Of a DNA stretch of 64,000 bases, positions 42,328 through 51,137 are shown piece by piece. The notes beneath the pieces were generated by a model, which saw only the letters and a list, made by a program, of their open reading frames with translations, was not told the origin of the DNA and did not search any database. How positions within the stretch are numbered: the first letter of the stretch is position 1; every line of letters starts with the position of its first letter. Origin of the DNA: an uncultured Alphaproteobacteria bacterium (GTDB taxonomy: Bacteria; Pseudomonadota; Alphaproteobacteria; HIMB59; GCA-002718135). The stretch spans positions 2,427-66,426 of the forward strand of contig CACLJX010000008.1 of assembly GCA_902607435.1 (NCBI GenBank), read 5' to 3'. The translations under genes and the position numbers were made by a program.

Positions 42328-43143
42328 TTAATAAAATTGATCAAATACAAGACTTACACATACGAGCAATAAAAAAATAGCAAAAATCTTTTTTAATGTT
42401 TTTTTATTGGCTTTTTTTGAAAGTTTAGCCCCTAAAGGAGCTGTTAATACACTCACGGATGCAACTGATAAAACAATTGGCAAATTAACATATCCCAATG
42501 AGTATCTTGGAAGTCCTTCAATCATCCATCCAGTTGAAGCGTAAGTTATAAAGCCTGGAAGTGCTATCAAAAAACCAATACTTGCTGAGGTCCCAACTGC
42601 ACGATGAATATTTTTTCCAAAAGCAGTCAAAGTAGGAACACTAAAACTTCCTCCTCCTATACCAATCAATACTGAAAAAAATCCAATCACGAAACTTATA
42701 ATATTATTTAAAAAAAAATTTTGTGGTATGTCGTTTGATAAAACAATATTTATATTTAAAAACATGCTGATTGCAACAGTGCTCGCTATGACTCCAAAAA
42801 TAATAACCAATATATTTCCATTAAAAAAACTAGCTAAAATTGCGCCAATAATGGACCCAAAGACAACGCCCATAAACCATTTTTTTATTACATTCACTTC
42901 AATATTCTTTAGTTTATTATGAGCATAAATGGATGAGAGCGAAGTAATACATATAACTCCGATTGATGAAGCAATGGCAACATGCATTATAATATTCGTG
43001 GAATAACCATAAAAATTCAAAATATAAAATACAACTGGAATAATTACGAGTCCTCCCCCAACTCCAAGTAACCCAGCAATCAATCCTGAAAACACACCAG
43101 TAATTATTAATAAAATTAAAAATTGTAAAAATTCTAATTCCAT
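42328..43143 (-). CDS. TSUP (TauE/SafE) family membrane transporter
   Basis: Internal repeat AGLLGVGGG / LIGIGGG, H.A.(A/G)(S/T)S, multiple TM helices. Confidence 0.9.
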   Translation of the reverse strand: MELEFLQFLILLIITGVFSGLIAGLLGVGGGLVIIPVVFYILNFYGYSTNIIMHVAIASSIGVICITSLSSIYAHNKLKNIEVNVIKKWFMGVVFGSIIGAILASFFNGNILVIIFGVIASTVAISMFLNINIVLSNDIPQNFFLNNIISFVIGFFSVLIGIGGGSFSVPTLTAFGKNIHRAVGTSASIGFLIALPGFITYASTGWMIEGLPRYSLGYVNLPIVLSVASVSVLTAPLGAKLSKKANKKTLKKIFAIFLLLVCVSLVFDQFY

Positions 43144-43147
43144 AAAA

Positions 43148-44116
43148 CTAATTAGTTTTTGATATTCTTTCTGAAACTTTGTTTAAAATATTATCAATTG
43201 TTGGAGTTTTAATACTAAGTAAATCCCCAATTTCTTTTACAGTTAAGATAAGCGCATCTAATTCTAATTCTTTACCTTTTTCATAATCTTGCAACATAGA
43301 TGTTTTGTGAGCTCCTACTTTAGCGGCACCTTCTATACGTTGGTCAATACTAATGTTAAGTGAAATGTTTAATTTGTTCATTATTAAACTTGCTTCCTGC
43401 ATTGCTGCATATGCAATCTTTTTGTTTTCTTCTTTCGATAACAATACTTCAAGTGTTTCACCCGTAATGACACTTAGAGGATTAAATGCAAGATTGCCGA
43501 TAAGTTTCATCCATATTTCTTGTCTAATATTATTGCGAATTGGAGCTTTTAGATTAGCTCTGACTAAGGCTTTACTTATTATAGAGACTCTTTCAGATTG
43601 TATTCCGCTTGGTTCTCCGAGTGAAAAACGATTACCTTCTAGATGTTTTATAACCCCAGGTTGTATAATCTCAGTAGCTGGATAAACAACACATCCTATT
43701 ACTCTCTCAGGTGTAATTAATTTCCATTGAATATTATCAGGATCAATGCATTGAAATCGATAGTTATCAAATTGTCCACCAATATTGAAAAAATACCACC
43801 AAGGTATACCATTATAAGCTGTAATTACTGAAGTATTGTCATGAAACATTTTAGCAATTTCCTTAACTACTCCAGGTATTGAGTATGCTTTAAGAGTAAT
43901 AAAAATAAAATCCATTTCACCTAATTCCTCCATTGAATCTGAACATTTAGGTTTGCAGGTAATTTCTTTTTCGTTTTCAATTATAGTAAGTCCTGTTTTT
44001 TTCATTGCTTCTAAATGAGCTCCTCTTGCAACAAGTGAAACATCAAGACCTGCATTAATTAGCTTAACCCCTAAATAGCCGCCAGTAGCTCCAGCTCCTA
44101 CGATACAAATTTTCAT
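43148..44116 (-). CDS. Ketopantoate-reductase-family protein, probable oxalyl-CoA reductase (PanE2-like)
   Basis: GAGA.GG, ARGAHL, NGIPWWYF, GCVVY, W.KL.GN..FNP, HKTSMLQD; ATGA overlap with the oxalate-CoA-ligase-like gene. Confidence 0.8.
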   Translation of the reverse strand: MKICIVGAGATGGYLGVKLINAGLDVSLVARGAHLEAMKKTGLTIIENEKEITCKPKCSDSMEELGEMDFIFITLKAYSIPGVVKEIAKMFHDNTSVITAYNGIPWWYFFNIGGQFDNYRFQCIDPDNIQWKLITPERVIGCVVYPATEIIQPGVIKHLEGNRFSLGEPSGIQSERVSIISKALVRANLKAPIRNNIRQEIWMKLIGNLAFNPLSVITGETLEVLLSKEENKKIAYAAMQEASLIMNKLNISLNISIDQRIEGAAKVGAHKTSMLQDYEKGKELELDALILTVKEIGDLLSIKTPTIDNILNKVSERISKTN

Positions 44117-45636
44117 TTCTCTAATCCTAGTTTTTTAGCTAAACCAATTCTTTGAAGTTTGCCTGTTTTGCCTTTTGGTATTTCATCCAAAAAAACAATT
44201 GTTTGAGGAATTTTATAAGATATTAATATTTTGCTAAGAAATTCTTTAAGTTCTTGAGCTGTTAATTGATGATCATTTTTTAAAACAATAGCGGCTGCAA
44301 CTTCTTCTCCAAGCTTAGCATGCACAATTGGAAACGTTATGCCTTGAAAAACACTCTCATGTTGCATAATTGCGTCATCAATCTCTAAAGGTGAAATCTT
44401 TTCTCCTCCCTTATTTATAATTTCCTTGATACGACCTGTTATTTGAAGAAAGCCTTCTTCATCATAAAAACCTTGATCACCCGTACGAAACCATCCATTT
44501 ATAAATGAATCTTTATTCGCTTGAGAATTATTTAAATATCCTTTTGTGACATTTTTTCCTCTAATAATTATTTCTCCAATCTTTCCATTTTCTAAAATCT
44601 TATGACTATCATCTATAACTGAAACTTTAGGTCCTGCTGCAAATCCAACTTTTATAGCTTTTCTATTTCCGGGAGGTAAATGATTGCTTGTCATTTGATG
44701 TGAGGCCTCGGTCATGCCATATGATTCTATAACTGGACAATGAAAGATTTTTTCAATTTCTTTCATTGTCATTGAAGGTAATGGTGCTGAGCTAGATCTG
44801 ATGAATCTTAATTTTGTCTCTTCAATAATTTCAGAATTTCTATTAGCCCGAGTGAGAATTGCTTGGTGCATTGTTGGAACAGCACTATACCAAGTTGGAG
44901 AAAATACTTTAAGCCACGAAAAAAATTTCAATGCGTTAAATCCTGGTGAAGTGAAAATATTCCCTCCTGAAAATAGTGAAGAAAGCAACAAACCAACAAT
45001 TCCATGAATATGAAATAAAGGCATGATATTTATACATTTATCGGATCTATCTAAATTTAGAGTTTGAACAATATTTTTTGCAGAAGTGCAAAGGTTTAAA
45101 TGAGTCAAAGGAACCATTTTTGGTTTTGAAGTTGTCCCTGAAGTATGAAGTATTAAAGCTATGTCATCAGGTATAATAATATCATTTTGATTTATAGTAT
45201 TAGATATATTTTCATTTTTAGATCTTAAACTAAATTTTCCTGAGGGATCTATATTATTAACTAATAGGTTAAATATTTTAATCTTTTTTCTTTTTGCCAC
45301 TTCAATTACTGGTGAACTGGAATCTTCTTTTACTATAAGTGCTTTAGGTTTTAAGTCTTCAAGATAAAAATCAAATTCAGAAGCAGTATATGAAGGATTA
45401 AGTGGTGCAGCACAGCAATTGCTTGCTGTTGCAAGAAAAGAAGTAGCCATTACAGGACCATTTTCACATACAATTGCTATGGTATCTGTTTTTTGTATGT
45501 GATTCTTATGAAAAAAATCTTTTGTCCAATCAATTTGTCTGTTTAAATCAGCATAAGTGAAAACCGGTTGATCTTCTGTGAAGATATAGGCTTCTTCATC
45601 ATTAAAAAAATTAACAATTTCTGGTATAGTTTTCAT
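44113..45636 (-). CDS. Acyl-CoA synthetase, probable oxalate-CoA ligase (AAE3/Pcs60/Oxs-like)
   Basis: APLNP.Y, LHTSGTTSKPK.VPLTH.NL, PLFHIHG, TWYSAVPTMHQ, LRFIRSSSAPL, YGMTEASHQMTSN, GGEKISP.E. Confidence 0.85.
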   Translation of the reverse strand: MKTIPEIVNFFNDEEAYIFTEDQPVFTYADLNRQIDWTKDFFHKNHIQKTDTIAIVCENGPVMATSFLATASNCCAAPLNPSYTASEFDFYLEDLKPKALIVKEDSSSPVIEVAKRKKIKIFNLLVNNIDPSGKFSLRSKNENISNTINQNDIIIPDDIALILHTSGTTSKPKMVPLTHLNLCTSAKNIVQTLNLDRSDKCINIMPLFHIHGIVGLLLSSLFSGGNIFTSPGFNALKFFSWLKVFSPTWYSAVPTMHQAILTRANRNSEIIEETKLRFIRSSSAPLPSMTMKEIEKIFHCPVIESYGMTEASHQMTSNHLPPGNRKAIKVGFAAGPKVSVIDDSHKILENGKIGEIIIRGKNVTKGYLNNSQANKDSFINGWFRTGDQGFYDEEGFLQITGRIKEIINKGGEKISPLEIDDAIMQHESVFQGITFPIVHAKLGEEVAAAIVLKNDHQLTAQELKEFLSKILISYKIPQTIVFLDEIPKGKTGKLQRIGLAKKLGLEK

Positions 45637-45704
45637 CAGATTTAAGTAATTAATCTTTATATTTACTACAATAAAGATAATAGTTATAAAAATAAATTAG
45701 CAAT

Positions 45705-46829
45705 ATGAAAAACATTCATTGGCTTGGTTCGGGTCTTTCCTCTATCCCTGGTATCAGGCGCTTAGCATCAAATAATTACAATTTAACTGTCTGGAACAGA
45801 ACTCTCTCAAAGGCCCAAAAAAGCATTGATCACATTAAAACAGATAAAGTTTCCGCGAAAACTCTTAATATAGATTCAATTGCAGAAAACATTAAACAAG
45901 GTGATATTATAGTATCCCAACTTACAGCAAGTATGCATTTGGACATTGCAAAAATTTGTCTTGAAAAAAAATGTCATTTTATAACAACAAGCTATTTATC
46001 TCCTGATATTAAAAAATTGAATGAACAAACAGTTGCTCAAAATCTTGTTTTTATGAATGAAGTTGGGCTTGACCCAGGCATTGATCATTTTTTTTCACAC
46101 TTACTGGTCCAAGAACTTAAATCACTGAACCTTAGTAATTTATCAGTGAGTTATAAATCTTACTGTGGGGGAATACCTGCGGTACCTAATGATTTTAAAT
46201 ATAAGTTTAGTTGGTCTCCTGTTGGGGTAATTAAAGCTTTAAACAGTCCAGCTAAATATATTCAAAATTTTGAAAAAAAACTTGTTCTTCAACCTTATAA
46301 AGAAATCAAAAATTACTTAATTAATAATGAAAACTTTGAAGCTTATCCAAATCGAGATTCTTTGCCTTACATTGAAGAATATTTATTTTCTCCACAATGG
46401 AAAATTAAAGAATTTGTCAGAGGTACGCTTAGGTTAAATGGTTGGACATCAGCTTGGGAGGAAATATTTAAAATGCTTGAAAAGCAAGATGCTAACATTG
46501 AAGAACAAATTCAACAAAAAAGTGATGAACTTTGGAAGAACTTTAGATACGATAATAATGAAGAAGATCGAGTTGTGTTATGGGTTAATTTGGAAGCTAA
46601 GCAGCAAGACAAAAAAGTATTTTCATCAACTTATAAGTTAGATGAAAAAGGTTCGGGTGAAAATACGGCAATGGCAAAATTAGTTTCTATTACACTAAGT
46701 GCTGCTATAGATTTAATGTTACAAAATAAAATTCGACCAGGGGTTCAAGCTGCTCCGTCAAATAAAAATATTATTGATTATTTTTTTAAAGTATTATCTG
46801 ATTACTCAATAAAAATAGATCATCATTAA
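45705..46829 (+). CDS. Saccharopine dehydrogenase (glutamate-forming/Lys9-like) family
   Basis: T.SY, NEVGLDPGIDH, SYCGG.P, YKFSWSP.G, EAYPNRDS, RGTLR, TAMA..V. Confidence 0.88.
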   Translation: MKNIHWLGSGLSSIPGIRRLASNNYNLTVWNRTLSKAQKSIDHIKTDKVSAKTLNIDSIAENIKQGDIIVSQLTASMHLDIAKICLEKKCHFITTSYLSPDIKKLNEQTVAQNLVFMNEVGLDPGIDHFFSHLLVQELKSLNLSNLSVSYKSYCGGIPAVPNDFKYKFSWSPVGVIKALNSPAKYIQNFEKKLVLQPYKEIKNYLINNENFEAYPNRDSLPYIEEYLFSPQWKIKEFVRGTLRLNGWTSAWEEIFKMLEKQDANIEEQIQQKSDELWKNFRYDNNEEDRVVLWVNLEAKQQDKKVFSSTYKLDEKGSGENTAMAKLVSITLSAAIDLMLQNKIRPGVQAAPSNKNIIDYFFKVLSDYSIKIDHH

Positions 46830-46831
46830 AT

Positions 46832-48061
46832 ATGTATAAGATTGCCATAATTAGAGAATCTAGATCTGATGACAGACGGACCCCTTTAGTTCCAACACAT
46901 ATTAAAGATCTACTAAGTGCTTTTCCTGGATTAAGTATTACCGTCCAGCCTTCCAAGCATCGCTGTTTTTCAGACGAAGAATACGAAGAACAAGGTACGA
47001 TCATCAGTGAAAATTTAAGTGCGTGTGACTTGATTTTAGGAATTAAGGAAATAGAACCTAATCTTTTAATTCCCTCAAAAAGCTACATGTTTTTTTCTCA
47101 CACAAGTAAAATTCAACCAGATAATTCTGCAGCAGCACAAGGAACGCCAGGAATGGATAAAAAAGAATTACTTAAAGAAATATTAAAAAAAAAAATTACC
47201 TTAATTGACTATGAAAACATACGTGATGATCGTAGTCGACGTTATCTTGGCTTTGGTCGTTTTGCTGGTATTGTCGGTTGCTATAATTCACTTAATTTAT
47301 ACCTACAAACTTTGGGACAAAAAACAATGCCCCGTGCCCATGAATTAAATTCTTATGAAAAATTAAAAGATAACATTAATAAAAAAAATTTTGGAAATGT
47401 TAGAATTATTATTACAGGTGATGGACGTGTAGCTAAAGGATCTTTAGAGTTTTTAGATTTTACAAATATAAAAGAAGTATTACCAGATGAATATTTACAA
47501 AATAATAATTCTTCAGCTGTCTTTTGTAATCTACCTACTTCTGCCTATGTAATGAATAAAGATGGAAGTGATTTTAATTTACAACATTTCATCAATTCTC
47601 CTGAAATGTATATTTCTGTACTTGATAAATATATGTCTAGTACAAGTATGCTTATAAGTTCCCATTATTGGGATCCTAAATCACCGCGATTATTAAATAA
47701 AAAAGATATTGAAAAATATAATAATCTTAAAGTCATAGGAGATATTACTTGTGATGTGAATGGTTCTATTCCTACAACCTCAAGACCTTCCTCAATTCTA
47801 GATCCTTTTTATTATGTAGATCGAACAACATTGCAAGAAGTTAGCCAACACGATCAAGCTCTTGCTATTATGGCAGTTGATAATTTGCCTTCTGAACTTC
47901 CAAAAGATTCTAGTAAAGAATTTGGAGATGGTATTATAAAAGAAGTACTCCCTTATATTTTTGCAAAAGATGATGGAAGAATCAAAAGAGCTACAATTAC
48001 AGAAAATGGTGATTTTTTACCTTCTTACAAGTATTTAATAAATTATATAAATACCAAATGA
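46832..48061 (+). CDS. Lysine-ketoglutarate reductase-like protein (AlaDh/PNT fold)
   Basis: IIRE....RRTPL.P, VQPS..R.F.D.EY, FFSHT.K.Q, LIDYE, FGRFAG..G, YW....PRL, DITCD..GS, VDNLPSELP.D.S..FG. Confidence 0.85.
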   Translation: MYKIAIIRESRSDDRRTPLVPTHIKDLLSAFPGLSITVQPSKHRCFSDEEYEEQGTIISENLSACDLILGIKEIEPNLLIPSKSYMFFSHTSKIQPDNSAAAQGTPGMDKKELLKEILKKKITLIDYENIRDDRSRRYLGFGRFAGIVGCYNSLNLYLQTLGQKTMPRAHELNSYEKLKDNINKKNFGNVRIIITGDGRVAKGSLEFLDFTNIKEVLPDEYLQNNNSSAVFCNLPTSAYVMNKDGSDFNLQHFINSPEMYISVLDKYMSSTSMLISSHYWDPKSPRLLNKKDIEKYNNLKVIGDITCDVNGSIPTTSRPSSILDPFYYVDRTTLQEVSQHDQALAIMAVDNLPSELPKDSSKEFGDGIIKEVLPYIFAKDDGRIKRATITENGDFLPSYKYLINYINTK

Positions 48062-48064
48062 ATA

Positions 48065-50122
48065 ATGAATATAGTTGAACAAACTTCAAAAGAAGTTTTG
48101 ATTCCTTCTTATAACCAGCCTTTCAAGATAATTAGTGATTTTAAAGAAAGTGGTGATCAGCCTGGAGCAATAAACACATTAATCAAAAATATAAAAGACG
48201 GAGAACATGAACAAGTATTGTTAGGTGTTACTGGTTCTGGAAAAACATTCACTATGGCGAAGGTGATTGAATCTCTACAACGACCTACTCTTATAATGGC
48301 TCCAAATAAAACTTTAGCAGCTCAATTGTACGGAGAAATGAAAAGTTTGTTTCCAAATAATGCAGTAGAATATTTTGTCAGCTATTATGATTACTATACT
48401 CCTGAAGCCTATGTTCCTCGATCAGATACCTATATAGAAAAAGAATCCTCTATTAATGAACAAATTGATAGACTTCGTCACTCTGCTACTCGCTCTTTAG
48501 TGGAACGACGTGATACTATTATTGTTGCTTCAGTCTCATGCATTTATGGAATTGGTTCTGTTGACGCCTATTCTTCAATGTCTTTTACATTAACAAAAAA
48601 TCAAAATATTAATCGTGATTTAATTATTAGAAAATTAGTTGAACTTTTATACAAAAGAAAAGACATGGATTTTAAGAGAGGAAGTTTTAGGGCTAAAGGT
48701 GATATATTGGAAATTTTTCCCTCACACTATGAAGATCGCTCGTGGAAAATATCTATGTTAGGTGATAACATTGAAATTATTTCAGAAATTGATCCTTTAA
48801 CTGGAGAAAAAATTTCAGAGTTAAATCAAATACGCATATTTTCTAATTCTCATTATGTAACCCCTAGACCAACAATAAAAAAAGCAATTAAACAAATAAA
48901 GGCAGATTTACATGACCAATTAAAAGTATTTGAAGCCGAAAATAAATTACTAGAACGACAACGTCTTGATGAAAGGACTAATTTTGATCTTGAAATGATG
49001 GAAACTATTGGCAATTGTAGTGGTATTGAAAATTATTCAAGATATTTATCTGGGCGAAAACCAGGTGAACCTCCTCCTACATTATATGAATATATGCCAG
49101 AAGATGCTTTGTTATTTGTGGATGAAAGTCATATTTCTTGTAGTCAAATTGCAGGTATGTATAAAGGTGATTTTTCTAGAAAATCTACACTTTCTCAATA
49201 TGGTTTTCGCTTACCAAGTTGTCTAGATAATAGACCATTAAAAAGAGAAGAATGGGATATCATGAGGCCACAAACTATATTTGTTAGTGCTACACCTGGT
49301 GATTATGAATTAAATAAAACAGGTGGTGTTTTTGTAGAACAAGTTATTCGTCCAACTGGTTTAGTTGATCCTCCTATTGAGGTTAGGTCAACACAACACC
49401 AGATTGATAATCTCCTAGATGAATGTCGCCTTACTATAAAAAAAGGTTATCGTATAATAATTACTACTCTAACCAAAAAAATGTCTGAGGATCTAACTGA
49501 ATATATGCACGAGGATGGTCTAAAAGTTCGTTACTTACACTCTGATATTGAAACACTTGAACGTATTGCTATTATCCGTGACCTCCGTCTTGGTGTATTT
49601 GATGTTTTGGTTGGCATTAATTTATTACGTGAAGGATTGGATATTCCTGAATGTGCTTTAATGGTAATTTTAGATGCTGATAAAGAAGGTTATTTAAGAT
49701 CTAAAACAAGTTTAATACAAACTATTGGTCGTGCTTCTCGTAATGTAGATAGTAAGGTTATTATGTATGCAGATAGTACTACAAAAAGCATGAAAGATGC
49801 TATTGAAGAAACTAAACGTCGTAGAGAAAAACAATTAAAATTTAACGAAATTAATAAAATTACACCTCTTAGTATTAAAAAAAATATTGAAAAAATATTA
49901 GAACACACAGCAGAACAAGACCATATAACAATTGAACTTGAAGAAACAAAACAACTAGTAGGAAAAGATTTAGACAAGCATATTAAAACACTTGAGAAAA
50001 AAATGTTAGATTATGCTGCTAAATTAGAATTCGAAGATGCAGCCCGATTACGTGATGAAATTAATCGTTTAAAATCCATAGAAGTTGGTATTCCTAAAAA
50101 AATACTAAAAATAAAAAATTGA
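48065..50122 (+). CDS. uvrB: Excinuclease ABC subunit B
   Basis: GDQP.AI, GVTGSGKT, FVSYYDYY.PEAY, DESH, GINLLREGLD, FE.AA.LRD. Confidence 0.99.
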   Translation: MNIVEQTSKEVLIPSYNQPFKIISDFKESGDQPGAINTLIKNIKDGEHEQVLLGVTGSGKTFTMAKVIESLQRPTLIMAPNKTLAAQLYGEMKSLFPNNAVEYFVSYYDYYTPEAYVPRSDTYIEKESSINEQIDRLRHSATRSLVERRDTIIVASVSCIYGIGSVDAYSSMSFTLTKNQNINRDLIIRKLVELLYKRKDMDFKRGSFRAKGDILEIFPSHYEDRSWKISMLGDNIEIISEIDPLTGEKISELNQIRIFSNSHYVTPRPTIKKAIKQIKADLHDQLKVFEAENKLLERQRLDERTNFDLEMMETIGNCSGIENYSRYLSGRKPGEPPPTLYEYMPEDALLFVDESHISCSQIAGMYKGDFSRKSTLSQYGFRLPSCLDNRPLKREEWDIMRPQTIFVSATPGDYELNKTGGVFVEQVIRPTGLVDPPIEVRSTQHQIDNLLDECRLTIKKGYRIIITTLTKKMSEDLTEYMHEDGLKVRYLHSDIETLERIAIIRDLRLGVFDVLVGINLLREGLDIPECALMVILDADKEGYLRSKTSLIQTIGRASRNVDSKVIMYADSTTKSMKDAIEETKRRREKQLKFNEINKITPLSIKKNIEKILEHTAEQDHITIELEETKQLVGKDLDKHIKTLEKKMLDYAAKLEFEDAARLRDEINRLKSIEVGIPKKILKIKN

Positions 50123-51132
50123 AAAACTTAATTCTTTTTAAAGAAATTAATAGGACTGGTATTGTTCATTTAAATAGGCCTAAGGCGTTAAATGCACTTA
50201 ATCTACAAATGGCTGAAGAATTATTAAAACAATTAAAAAAATGGCAAAAGGATAAAAATATACAAAGAGTTTTACTAATTGGAGAAGGAAAGGCATTTTG
50301 TGCAGGTGGCGATATTAAATCTATGTTCTTGTCTACAAAAGCTTCTAACTTAAAAAAAAACTTTTTATTTAAAGAATACACTCTCAACTATGCCATAAGT
50401 CAATTTACTAAACCTTATTTAAGTATCTTGGACGGCATCGTAATGGGTGGTGGAGTTGGCCTTTCTATTTATGGTAATGCACAAATTGCTACTGAAAATT
50501 CAAGATTTGCTATGCCTGAAACTGGCATTGGATTTTTTCCTGATGTCGGCGGAAGTTATTTTTTATCTAGAATTTATGAAGGTGTTGGACTGTATCTAGG
50601 TATGACTGGACAAGTCATCAATGCTAAAGAAATGATTGTTTTTGGACTAGCAACTCATTTTCAGTATAGTAAAAACATTGAAACAATAAAATCGAACTTC
50701 ATTAAAAATGGATTGTTGCCCAATTCTCAAATTATCAAAGAAGAACCCTCTGAAGTATTAATTAATCTAAATTATATTAAAAAAACTTTTCAAGGAGATT
50801 GTATTTCTATAATGAATACTTTAAAAAATTCACCCTCAGAATTTGCAAAAAATACTTATAATAGTTTAATTAAACGTTGTCCTATGAGTTTAGCTATAAC
50901 AGTTGAGTTGTTAAACAGAGCAAAAAAGCTGTCGCTTAAGGAATGTTTAGAAATGGAATATCAACTAAGCCAACATATTGTATACCGAGATGATTTTAAT
51001 AATGGAGTTGATGCCATTTTAGTAAGTAAAAATTATAATCCAGCATGGAGTCCTGCTAAAATACATGATATTAATTTTGCAGAGGTTAATAAATTTTTTG
51101 AACCTCACATAAAACCATTGAATTTGAAGTAA
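50119..51132 (+). CDS. 3-hydroxyisobutyryl-CoA hydrolase-like crotonase
   Basis: LNRPKALNAL, FCAGGD, EY.LN, GIVMGGGVG, AMPETGIGFFPDVG, P.W.P. Confidence 0.9.
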   Translation: MKNLILFKEINRTGIVHLNRPKALNALNLQMAEELLKQLKKWQKDKNIQRVLLIGEGKAFCAGGDIKSMFLSTKASNLKKNFLFKEYTLNYAISQFTKPYLSILDGIVMGGGVGLSIYGNAQIATENSRFAMPETGIGFFPDVGGSYFLSRIYEGVGLYLGMTGQVINAKEMIVFGLATHFQYSKNIETIKSNFIKNGLLPNSQIIKEEPSEVLINLNYIKKTFQGDCISIMNTLKNSPSEFAKNTYNSLIKRCPMSLAITVELLNRAKKLSLKECLEMEYQLSQHIVYRDDFNNGVDAILVSKNYNPAWSPAKIHDINFAEVNKFFEPHIKPLNLK

Positions 51133-51137
51133 AATTT

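Noticed and set aside
47185-47195. Long poly-A tracts (here and in ubiG near 4273) as phase-variation sites
   Set aside because: In-frame Lys runs in intact genes; common at this AT content.
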